The position numbers and the translations under genes were made by a program. A stretch of 64,000 nt of DNA from Chitinophagaceae bacterium (lineage in GTDB: Bacteria > Bacteroidota > Bacteroidia > Chitinophagales > Chitinophagaceae), in NCBI GenBank assembly GCA_049421765.1, contig JBMSNP010000006.1, positions 2,712 to 66,711 on the forward strand. Reading direction: 5' to 3'. The notes under the pieces were generated by a model. That model had not been told where the DNA came from and searched no databases. It was given only the letters and a program-made list of their open reading frames with translations. Below are positions 35,535 through 42,935 of the stretch, one piece after another (the stretch's first letter is position 1; each line of letters opens with the position of its first letter).

Positions 35535-35915
35535 TCAGTTATTCGGAGCCCCGCTGTCGATCCAGCAAATGATATAACTCCGCTGGGAGTAAGTAAGAGA
35601 GCCCCCCGGGGGCATGCTGCCGATGGACATCACATACCGGATCCGGTCCCGGGCATTGTATATCTCGGTATAATTGGTGAGCGCCCCGGGTCCATTGGTA
35701 CTGCCTGTTGCATGACATCCTGCCCTGTTACAGGTAGTCTGTATAATTGGGTTGACATCGGCCGAAAACCGCTTGTTGGTAACGGTATTGCAATCCAGGT
35801 TGCCTCCCCCGATTACTCCTCCGCTTCCGGGATCTTCATTGCTTTGCTTTATGCAGGCAGTGGTTGTCAGTACCAGGGCCAGGAAGCCATAAAAAAATAC
35901 CGATTTCAGTTTCAT
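35535..35915 (-). CDS. Small lipoprotein with cytochrome-c-like (PSCyt1-like) domain carrying C-x4-CH (paralogue)
   Basis: Lipobox LVLTTTAC. ...VNPIIQTTCNRAGCHATGSTNGPGALTNY...GSMPPG...IICWIDSGAPNN. The last ~35 nt are nearly identical to the paralogue. Confidence 0.7.
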   Translation of the reverse strand: MKLKSVFFYGFLALVLTTTACIKQSNEDPGSGGVIGGGNLDCNTVTNKRFSADVNPIIQTTCNRAGCHATGSTNGPGALTNYTEIYNARDRIRYVMSIGSMPPGGSLTYSQRSYIICWIDSGAPNN

Positions 35916-35992
35916 ACTTTGATTATTGCCGGGTATTTGGAGTATTAAAATAAGATTTTTCGGTTAATAGTTAATTCGTATCTGCAGGATAC

Positions 35993-36022
35993 AAAAAAAA
36001 AGAGTCATGACAACCGCATGAC
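35993..36022 (-). terminator. Intrinsic terminator after fbaB
   Basis: On the minus strand GTCATG-(7 nt)-CATGAC followed by a T9 run. Begins 24 nt after the stop at 36046. Confidence 0.65.
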
Positions 36023-36045
36023 CCTTTGAATATTTTGCGTATAAA

Positions 36046-37119
36046 TTAAGCGATGGTGATATCCTTGTCAAGATACACGTCCTGGATCGCTTCAAGTATG
36101 CCCACACCTTCCTTCATAGGACGCTGGAAGGCTTTCCGGCCTGAGATCAGACCCATGCCACCGGCGCGTTTGTTTACAACCGCGGTTGTCACGGCTTCGG
36201 CCATGTCACTGGCTCCGGAAGAGGCGCCCCCGCTGTTGATCAGACCCGCACGGCCCATGTAACAATTGGCCACCTGGTAACGGCAGAGATCAATGGGGTG
36301 GTCTGTTGTCAGTTCCTCATAGATGCGTTTATCGTTTTTGCCATAGGCCGACTCTTTGGTATTTAGGGCCAGGTAGCCGCCGTTATTTTCAGGCAGTTTT
36401 TGTTTGATGATATCAGCCTCTATCGTTACCCCGAGGTGGTTGGCCTGTCCCGTAAGGTCGGCAGACACGTGGTAGTCTTTTTCCTTGGTCTTGAAAGCAG
36501 GGTTGCGGAGATAACACCAGAGGATGGTGGCCATACCCAGTTCATGGGCCATTTCAAAAGCTTTGGAAACTTCCTGGATCTGGCGGGTAGATTCATCGCT
36601 GCCAAAGTAAATGGTGGCACCAACAGCCGCCGCGCCCAGGTTCCAGCTGGCCTTGATCGAGGCAAACATGACCTGGTCGAATTTATTAGGGTAAGTCAGG
36701 AATTCGTTGTGATTTATTTTCACAATAAAAGGGATCTTATGTGCATATTTCCGGGAGAGGAAACCCAGTCCGCCATAGGTGGTGGCCACGGCGTTACATC
36801 CGCCTTCGATCGCAAGTTTGATGATGTTCTCGGGGTCAAAATAGATCGGATTCTTGGCAAAGGAAGCGCCGCCGCTGTGTTCGATCCCCTGGTCTACCGG
36901 AAGGATGGACAGGTAGCCTGTGTTGGCCAGACGGCCGGTGCCATACATCTGCTGAAGGTTCCGGAGCACCTGCGGATTCCGGTCGCTGGAAGTCCATACG
37001 CGGTCCACGAAATCAGGACCCGGGAGGTGCAAAGACTCTTTTGAAATTGTTTTAGACTCGTGGTTAAGTAGATATTCGGCTTTATCGCCAAGCAGTTCAC
37101 TGATCTTTTTTTGTGCCAT
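36046..37119 (-). CDS. fbaB: Class I fructose-bisphosphate aldolase (DhnA/FbaB type)
   Basis: Near-colinear with my recollection of E. coli FbaB (…[11 protein letters not shown]…[15 protein letters not shown]…ATIYFGS…[14 protein letters not shown]…[14 protein letters not shown]…[17 protein letters not shown]…[10 protein letters not shown]). ORF-track start 37290 trimmed to ATG 37119 ([11 protein letters not shown]). Confidence 0.95.
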   Translation of the reverse strand: MAQKKISELLGDKAEYLLNHESKTISKESLHLPGPDFVDRVWTSSDRNPQVLRNLQQMYGTGRLANTGYLSILPVDQGIEHSGGASFAKNPIYFDPENIIKLAIEGGCNAVATTYGGLGFLSRKYAHKIPFIVKINHNEFLTYPNKFDQVMFASIKASWNLGAAAVGATIYFGSDESTRQIQEVSKAFEMAHELGMATILWCYLRNPAFKTKEKDYHVSADLTGQANHLGVTIEADIIKQKLPENNGGYLALNTKESAYGKNDKRIYEELTTDHPIDLCRYQVANCYMGRAGLINSGGASSGASDMAEAVTTAVVNKRAGGMGLISGRKAFQRPMKEGVGILEAIQDVYLDKDITIA

Positions 37120-37190
37120 GCTGGATTGTTTTTTTAGGACGCAAAGATAGGGAAATGGGCAGGAGTGAGGCCGGGTTACATCCCGGTAAT

Positions 37191-38285
37191 CTAGTGTTTG
37201 TACTGGCGTTGCATCTTCGGAATCAGACCGAGGTTTTTTCGGAGCAGGAATTTCAGGTGCAGTTTCAGGATATCCCCCTGCGAACGACAACGTGAAAAGG
37301 CGGGAAACTGATGATATTCGGCGAGTTCGGTGGCAAGCTGCCGGGTTTTTTCAGGGGTGGATACGGTATCCGCGACCATGATATCAAGCAGGTCCTTGAC
37401 GCGGTACCGCGAAGATGCCAGCCGGAAAGCCATCATGGTTCGTTCTTCAGTCCGGTATTGCTCAATGGTATCCTCGTTCAAACAGGCCAGACTCATTTCC
37501 ACCAGGGGATTGTTTTCCTTGAAAAATTGCGGGAGGTACAGGGTTCTTCTTCCTTCATAGGATTGCTGGTCAAAATCGATACAGCGGATCCGGTATTGGT
37601 AGTCCTCTATATCCGGGGTGATCTCCAGTACAAAATTATAACTGCGCATATCCCCGAGGAGGCGGATAAATGAGCGTTCATTGAATTTCACAAATTCCTT
37701 AGCAAGGCGGATCCGGTTGGTCTCCGGATCGTTCAGCTTCTGGTTAATAAAGACATCACCCGGGATCCCCGGAATATGTTCTTCCACAAGGGTATCGTCG
37801 CAGGTAAAAAATGTGATCCGGTTGGGAGAAAGGATGTGCTCGAGTTCAAGACCGTAGATCCTTGATGCATCTGCCACTTTGATATAGTAATGATCGTAAT
37901 TGTCGTTAAACTTATTCACAATCCGGACCCGGAATGGATGGGAGTTGCCAAAACTGCAGTAATCGACCCGGGCTACATCGAGGTGTTTGGTAAATGTGAG
38001 GTTTCCTTCTGTTTTCAAAGTGGCGTAGATTTTGATCAAGCCATCTCTGATAAACTCCCACTCCCGGGTATCATAAAGGGTCTTTTCCCAGAGCGTATCT
38101 TTCCCGTTGCGGTCTTTGAGGGGAACAGAATATGTATAACGGAGCAGATCCCGGTACGTAACAGGCAACCGCACTTCCCGCCCGTTTTTTTGCAGGTATT
38201 GACGGAGAGACGTGCAAACCGGGTACATCGGTTTTTTCCTGGAGGGTTTGTCGTTGATCAGTTCTTTTGCCATCTCGGGGGGCAT
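37191..38285 (-). CDS. Hypothetical protein with atypical (RIO-like) protein-kinase-fold motifs
   Basis: 364 aa. YYIKVAD (beta3 Lys?), GLELEHIL (alphaC Glu?), LVEEHIPG (hinge?), [12 protein letters not shown] (catalytic D-x4-N) and IRCIDFDQ (DFG-equivalent) occur in kinase order. An internal ATG at codon 20 is an alternative start. Confidence 0.65.
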   Translation of the reverse strand: MPPEMAKELINDKPSRKKPMYPVCTSLRQYLQKNGREVRLPVTYRDLLRYTYSVPLKDRNGKDTLWEKTLYDTREWEFIRDGLIKIYATLKTEGNLTFTKHLDVARVDYCSFGNSHPFRVRIVNKFNDNYDHYYIKVADASRIYGLELEHILSPNRITFFTCDDTLVEEHIPGIPGDVFINQKLNDPETNRIRLAKEFVKFNERSFIRLLGDMRSYNFVLEITPDIEDYQYRIRCIDFDQQSYEGRRTLYLPQFFKENNPLVEMSLACLNEDTIEQYRTEERTMMAFRLASSRYRVKDLLDIMVADTVSTPEKTRQLATELAEYHQFPAFSRCRSQGDILKLHLKFLLRKNLGLIPKMQRQYKH

Positions 38286-38385
38286 CGTTTAATCATGAAA
38301 ACTTTATTTATTGCGGAGCCGGAACCCCGCGAATGGCAGGGGTGAAGTTATGCATTTTACAGGGCAGGGCCGACTGCAATGCTTC

Positions 38386-39174
38386 TTATAACCCAGGGAT
38401 ATTCATTGTCCTGAAATATGCAGGGGCATCAAGCATCCGGCTGCCATACCAGCTGAATATTTCCCCGTCAACCAGCAGGATCCTTATACCAGGGAATAAT
38501 TTGGCAAGCGCATCCCGGTGTTTCTCCTTAAACGGGTATGGTTCGGAAGAGAGCAGCAGGCATTCGCAATTGGTCTCAAGTATCTGATCAGTTGTCAGTT
38601 CCGGGTATCGGTTGTATTTGGCAAATACATTCCGGAAGCCAGCGATCTCCATCATGGAATTGATAAAAGTATCACCACCTGCGGCCATAAACGGCTCTTG
38701 CCATATAAGGTATGCAGCCGAAGGACGATTTTTTGCATCGGTACCTGGTAATCCTTCAAATCCTTCCCGGATCGAGGATATAAGAACACGGGCAGCATAT
38801 TCCGTTCCGGTAAGTTTTCCGATCGATGTCATCATGTCGTAAGCTTCCTCCGGGTCGTGAACATCGCTCACCCAAACCGGGAACTCGCGGGCCAGGATTT
38901 CCACCTGCTCCCGGTCATTTTCTTCTCGGTTGGCAATGATCAGATCGGGGTTGATCTCTCTTATCTTATCCAGATTTAACTGCTTGGTGCCGCCAACCCT
39001 TGTTTTCGACCGGTACCAGGCTTCGGGATGAATACAAAACTTTGTGATCCCGGCCACCCGTTCATCCAGTCCGAGTGCAAATAGCAATTCGGTCTGTGAA
39101 GGCACCAGCGAAATGATGCGTCGGGGGTTGTCAACCAAAACGATCCGGCCGGTCTGGTCTTTAAATTCGGGCAT
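38386..39174 (-). CDS. Periplasmic binding protein, BtuF/FhuD-like (cobalamin/iron-chelate ABC substrate-binding fold)
   Basis: 262 aa. ...RIISLVPSQTELLFALGLDERVAGITKFC...PDLIIAN... is typical of helical-backbone binding proteins. No permease or ATPase gene is adjacent. Confidence 0.75.
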   Translation of the reverse strand: MPEFKDQTGRIVLVDNPRRIISLVPSQTELLFALGLDERVAGITKFCIHPEAWYRSKTRVGGTKQLNLDKIREINPDLIIANREENDREQVEILAREFPVWVSDVHDPEEAYDMMTSIGKLTGTEYAARVLISSIREGFEGLPGTDAKNRPSAAYLIWQEPFMAAGGDTFINSMMEIAGFRNVFAKYNRYPELTTDQILETNCECLLLSSEPYPFKEKHRDALAKLFPGIRILLVDGEIFSWYGSRMLDAPAYFRTMNIPGL

Positions 39175-39263
39175 GTAACGAGGATCTGATCAAAAAATCT
39201 CAGGGACTTAAGGATGCAAAATACGGAAACAGGGGGGAGGGTTGATCGGGGAGGTTCACCGCG

Positions 39264-39292
39264 CCTCCTGCTAAACGAGGTTTAGCAGGAGG
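39264..39292. other. Perfect 13-bp inverted repeat with 3-nt loop
   Basis: CCTCCTGCTAAAC-GAG-GTTTAGCAGGAGG. No flanking T/A run on either strand, so it is not a canonical terminator. Confidence 0.8.
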
Positions 39293-39297
39293 GTTCC

Positions 39298-39452
39298 GGA
39301 CTTAATTCTTTTCATGGATTTGGACACGGTGACTCAGGGACGGTCTTCAAGGACATTTTGGACTTTGGACGGTTTTTCGAACGGACTTTGGATCTTTGGT
39401 TTTTCCAGGATTTGGTTTTGGTTTTTTAACAGGTATTGGATGGATATGGACA
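39298..39452. repeat. G/T-rich low-complexity tract built from GGAC(TT)/TTTGG words
   Basis: GGAC or GGAT occurs 12 times at irregular 4-30-nt spacing (ccGGACTTa, ttGGACac, gGGACgg, aaGGACat, ttGGACTTTGGACgg, acGGACTTTGGATcTTTGG...). Lies upstream of the BtuF-like gene. Confidence 0.7.
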
Positions 39453-39570
39453 CAAATGTATAGCCGGGGAGATGCTCCCGCAAGAGCAAAACTGCTCAAT
39501 GTCACTCGTAAATATACCCCTGTCCTTTTTGGCTTCGCAGGGCTCCGGGAATCGTAATTATACTACAATA

Positions 39571-39602
39571 AAAAAACCATTGTCATTTTAACAATGGTTT
39601 TT
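39571..39602. terminator. Bidirectional intrinsic terminator after the CBS-pair ORF
   Basis: A-run, ACCATTGT-(7 nt)-ACAATGGT, then TTTTT. Begins 22 nt beyond the stop at 39624. Confidence 0.7.
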
Positions 39603-39623
39603 AATGAGTTACAACAAGGGGGT

Positions 39624-40028
39624 TTATTTTCCCAATGCCTGAATGACATCGTATTTTGTCACGATGTGAAAATTACCCGCTTCATCTTTTGCAAGCACTG
39701 CCCCGTTTTCTTTATTGATGAGGTGGCTGAGTTTCTCAACCGGGGTATCATAAGAGACCACCGGAAAAGCAGGTTCCATCACATCGGCCACGCGCGCATG
39801 TTTGATATCGGGGTTATCGAATATTTTCTGGAAAAGCCCCCCTTCGCTGATGGCGCCGACGGGTCCAGCCCCGTTCATAATGGGGATATGTTCGATATCA
39901 TATTTTTTCATCAGTTCCACTGCTTCAGCCACGCTCTGTTCAGGCTCCACCATGATTACCCGCTGGGTGCCCCTGGCGCTAACCACATCCCGGAAGGTCT
40001 TGACATCCAGGAATCCCCGTTCGATCAT
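39624..40028 (-). CDS. CBS-domain pair (Bateman module) ORF
   Basis: 134 aa with two CBS repeats (...VMVEPEQSVAEAVELMKKYDIEHIPIMN...; ...PVVSYDTPVEKLSHLINKENGAVLAKDEAGNFHIVTKYDVIQAL). It is in the same frame as 40041..40982, separated by a single TAA plus four sense codons. Confidence 0.75.
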   Translation of the reverse strand: MIERGFLDVKTFRDVVSARGTQRVIMVEPEQSVAEAVELMKKYDIEHIPIMNGAGPVGAISEGGLFQKIFDNPDIKHARVADVMEPAFPVVSYDTPVEKLSHLINKENGAVLAKDEAGNFHIVTKYDVIQALGK

Positions 40029-40040
40029 CCACTGGGCGTT

Positions 40041-40982
40041 TTATATCTTTCCTACATACCGCCTTCCATGATCATCAAAAATGCAGACGACCAGGTCGTC
40101 TTTTGTAAGCCGGTTTTTTAACTGCATGAGACCCTGGATACAACTGCCCGCGCTGTAGCCGCAAAACAGGCCCTCTTCTTTGGCCAGTCGACGGGCCATT
40201 ATGGCTCCGTCTTTGTCAGTCACCTGTTCGAAGTGATCGATCACACTCATGTCGTAATTCTTGGGCACAAAATCTTCACCAAATCCTTCACTGATATATG
40301 GATGCACTTCTTTCATATCCACTTCCCCGGTACGGAAATATTTAGTTAGAAGGGAACCGTAAACATCTATGGCCCAGACCTGGATGGCTGGGTTTTTTTC
40401 CTTGAGAAATTGGGCCGTACCCGTAATGGTTCCTCCTGTCCCGGCGGTGCAAACCAGGTGGGTAATCTTACCATCGGTCTGGTTCCAGATCTCAGGGCCC
40501 GTACTTTCGTAATGTGCCAGCCTGTTTGCCAGGTTATCGTACTGGTTCATATGGTACGAGTTGGGTATCTCCCTGGCAAGCCGGGCAGCCACGCTGTAAT
40601 AACTCTTCGGGTCTTCCGGGGCCACGTTGGTGGGACAGACGATCACTTCCGCACCCACGGCTTTCAGGATATCCGCTTTTTCCTTGGATTGTTTGTCGGT
40701 GGTTACAAAAATGCATTTATAACCTTTTACCACGGCGGCTAGGGCCAGCCCCATCCCGGTATTTCCGCTGGTTCCTTCGATGATGGTCCCGCCGGGTTTC
40801 AGTTTGCCTTCCTTTTCGGCCACTTCCACCATTTTGAGAGCCATCCGGTCCTTGATGGAATTGCCGGGGTTGAAATAATCCACTTTGGCCAGTATGGTAC
40901 CCGGCACATCGCGAGCTATCTTGTTTAATTTAATAAGCGGGGTATTCCCGATTGTTTCAAGTATGTTTTGCCGGATATCCAT
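40041..40982 (-). CDS. PLP-dependent cysteine synthase/cystathionine beta-synthase family enzyme
   Basis: 313 aa. ...NPGNSIKDRMAL... (PLP lysine), ...EGTSGNTGMGLA..., ...CTAGTGGTITG... Ends ...HGRRYVGKI-TAA. Confidence 0.9.
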   Translation of the reverse strand: MDIRQNILETIGNTPLIKLNKIARDVPGTILAKVDYFNPGNSIKDRMALKMVEVAEKEGKLKPGGTIIEGTSGNTGMGLALAAVVKGYKCIFVTTDKQSKEKADILKAVGAEVIVCPTNVAPEDPKSYYSVAARLAREIPNSYHMNQYDNLANRLAHYESTGPEIWNQTDGKITHLVCTAGTGGTITGTAQFLKEKNPAIQVWAIDVYGSLLTKYFRTGEVDMKEVHPYISEGFGEDFVPKNYDMSVIDHFEQVTDKDGAIMARRLAKEEGLFCGYSAGSCIQGLMQLKNRLTKDDLVVCIFDDHGRRYVGKI

Positions 40983-41031
40983 AGCTGTATTTGTCCGGCA
41001 AATTTACGTTTTTTGACCGGGGGCGCATAAA

Positions 41032-41059
41032 AAAACCTCCCCGCGAACAGGGAGGTTTT
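41032..41059 (-). terminator. Intrinsic terminator after the sigma/anti-sigma operon
   Basis: AAAACCTCCC-(8 nt)-GGGAGGTTTT. On the minus strand it is followed by a T-run. A second 8-bp hairpin (CTGATGAT/ATCATCAG) lies at 41066..41087. Confidence 0.65.
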
Positions 41060-41126
41060 ACCGGACTGATGATCTTTCAATCATCAGGCTTTTTAGGTTT
41101 GCCATTATCGGGTATCTGTGAATACC

Positions 41127-41666
41127 TTACATACCGGCTTTCCTGAATTTTTTCTTTTTTATAGTGAAATAATTGTCAAGCAAAAAGAGCCCGATCACCA
41201 CGTTCACCATCATCAGCGCATTGACCCAGGTATTGCTGAAGATCCGGCTGTAATCCACTTTGCTGAGATTCCGGCTGATGGACGATTCCTCACCGCCGCT
41301 GAAACTCATCTGCCCGATGGCGTAGACAAAGATGCCGACAAGCAGCGCGATGAAAAAGAACCCGATTCCCCAGACGATCTTTTTGTTGATATAGCTTTTG
41401 GCGGCCGGAGCCACGTAAAGCCTGGAAATTTCTTCCATCACATTGCGGGTAAAACGCAGGGAGGGTTGATCCAGTTCGGAGGACCGGAGCATTTCGCGGA
41501 CCTCAACCAGAGCCTGGTGCTTTTTCTTCCAGGCTTCGTTTTCGGACAACAGCTTTTCGATCACGCTCCGCTCAGCGGGCGAGGCATATCCGTCCAGGTA
41601 TTCCCATAAACGGTCCTCCATCTGTTGTTCTCCCGGCGGGAGATGCTGATTTTTATCTGAAAGCAT
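41127..41666 (-). CDS. Anti-sigma factor-like membrane protein
   Basis: 179 aa, 4 nt downstream of the ECF sigma gene. Cytoplasmic N-domain (…LWEYLDGYASPAERSVIEKLL…) followed by TM helices. Confidence 0.7.
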   Translation of the reverse strand: MLSDKNQHLPPGEQQMEDRLWEYLDGYASPAERSVIEKLLSENEAWKKKHQALVEVREMLRSSELDQPSLRFTRNVMEEISRLYVAPAAKSYINKKIVWGIGFFFIALLVGIFVYAIGQMSFSGGEESSISRNLSKVDYSRIFSNTWVNALMMVNVVIGLFLLDNYFTIKKKKFRKAGM

Positions 41667-41670
41667 ACGT

Positions 41671-42252
41671 TTAATTTAATTCTTTTATTTCTGACGAAAA
41701 ATGTGTTTCCATCTTTTCCTTCAACCGCTGCCGGGCCCGGTGCAGCCTTACCTTGGCCGCATTTACTTCAATGCCCAGCACCCCGGCCGTTTCTTCGAGC
41801 GATTGTTCGGCCTTATAGAACAATGTGATGACCTGGGCATCGTCGGGGCTCAGCATGGAAATAGCCTGGTTTACCATGGCCTGGCGGGATTTGTGTTCTA
41901 TTCCATCTGCCCGGGCTCCAGAGTCCAGGTTATCTGCCCTGGCAAACACGGCCTCATCATCCAGTGACTGTATATTCAGTTTCTTTTTTCGGAGGAAACT
42001 GATACAGGTATTGTTTACGATCGTATACAGCCAGGTACTGAACTTGGATGCTCCCCGGAAATCAGCCAGGTACCTGAACGCTTTTACGAACACATCCTGG
42101 GCCACTTCCTCCGCATCTTCCCTGTTTCTGAGCATCCGCAGGGATAAAGTAAAAACATAGTTCTGGTAACGGTCCACAAGTCCCGCAAAGGCCTGCTGGT
42201 CACCCTGCAGTACCTTGCTAATGATCTCATTATCATTCAGTCCGGTAGACAT
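41671..42252 (-). CDS. ECF (sigma-70 family, group 4) RNA polymerase sigma factor
   Basis: Region 2 ...DAEEVAQDVFVKAFRYLADFRGASKFSTWLYTIVNNTCISFLRKKK and region 4 ...SLEETAGVLGIEVNAAKVRLHRARQRL. ORF-track TTG 42267 trimmed to ATG 42252. Confidence 0.9.
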   Translation of the reverse strand: MSTGLNDNEIISKVLQGDQQAFAGLVDRYQNYVFTLSLRMLRNREDAEEVAQDVFVKAFRYLADFRGASKFSTWLYTIVNNTCISFLRKKKLNIQSLDDEAVFARADNLDSGARADGIEHKSRQAMVNQAISMLSPDDAQVITLFYKAEQSLEETAGVLGIEVNAAKVRLHRARQRLKEKMETHFSSEIKELN

Positions 42253-42487
42253 CTTTAAATAAGACAACGGTTCAGCCAGTCAGGTTACAATACAATTTAC
42301 GTTTATTTGTACCGAATCGGCCTTTCCAAAACAATTTTCAGGCCTGTTGTAACCTGTTCTTTCGGGCCGTAGTCATAATCCCTGTAAACCGATTTGAAAA
42401 AGTTCGTTACCGGATGTAACCGGTTCCTTCCGGGCAGCGTCAGAGAATGTAACGAACCCAATTTGTAAATTCAATAAAACAATTTTT

Positions 42488-42868
42488 ATGGACGGCGCAG
42501 AAGTTTTAGTACCCATCACCATGTTTGCAGGCGGCTTTGCCATGGTATTCGGCATATATTACCTGAAAACCCGGCAAAACCTGGCTATGATCGAAAAAGG
42601 AATGAACCCAAAGGAATTTGCCAACCGGCCGGCTCCTTACAAAAACCTGAAATGGGCCTTGTTGCTCATCGGGGCTGGCATGGGGCTCTTCCTGGCCTAT
42701 ATCCTGGACAATTTTGTCCTGGCAAGCAGCAACGGATTCCAGGATCATGACGGACGTAACGTACCCATCTATTTCTCTCTTATTGCCATTGGCGGGGGTT
42801 TGGGATTGTTTGGATCCTACCGCATAGAAAAGAAATGGTGGGACGAGAACGGGAAAGATATCTCCTGA
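42488..42868 (+). CDS. Small multi-TM membrane protein (DUF6249-like)
   Basis: 126 aa. ...VPITMFAGGFAMVFGIYYLKTRQNLAMIEKGMNP... plus two further helices. Divergent from the ECF sigma operon. Confidence 0.6.
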   Translation: MDGAEVLVPITMFAGGFAMVFGIYYLKTRQNLAMIEKGMNPKEFANRPAPYKNLKWALLLIGAGMGLFLAYILDNFVLASSNGFQDHDGRNVPIYFSLIAIGGGLGLFGSYRIEKKWWDENGKDIS

Positions 42869-42935
42869 CGAAACCTTAGCTTAATCCTGATAACCGGCAA
42901 TGGTGTACGATAGTACATCATTGCTTTTTTTTGCC

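Noticed and set aside
36046-37290. N-terminal extensions in the ORF track (fbaB to 37290; T9SS cargo to 53664; L,D-transpeptidase to 4106; ABM protein to 2258; SpmAB-like to 58463).
   Set aside because: In each case an internal ATG gives the family-typical N-terminus or a canonical signal peptide. The upstream extension is compositionally odd or overlaps the neighbouring gene or promoter region.
39314-39463. 49-codon ATG ORF encoding a Trp/Phe-rich peptide (…FWTLDGFSNGLWIFGFSRIWFWFFNRYWMDMDTNV).
   Set aside because: The tract is G/T-skewed TTTGG/GGAC low-complexity DNA, which intrinsically avoids stop codons and yields W/F/G codons. There is no signal peptide or supporting context. It is mentioned in the finding for that tract but not called as a gene.
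39175-39623. Possible cobalamin riboswitch upstream of the BtuF-like binding-protein gene.
   Set aside because: The minus-strand leader contains GGUGAACCUCC, vaguely like the GGUGAAA.UCC core. However, I found no B12 box (GCCACUG-like) and no matching multi-stem layout. The dominant structure is a simple perfect hairpin.
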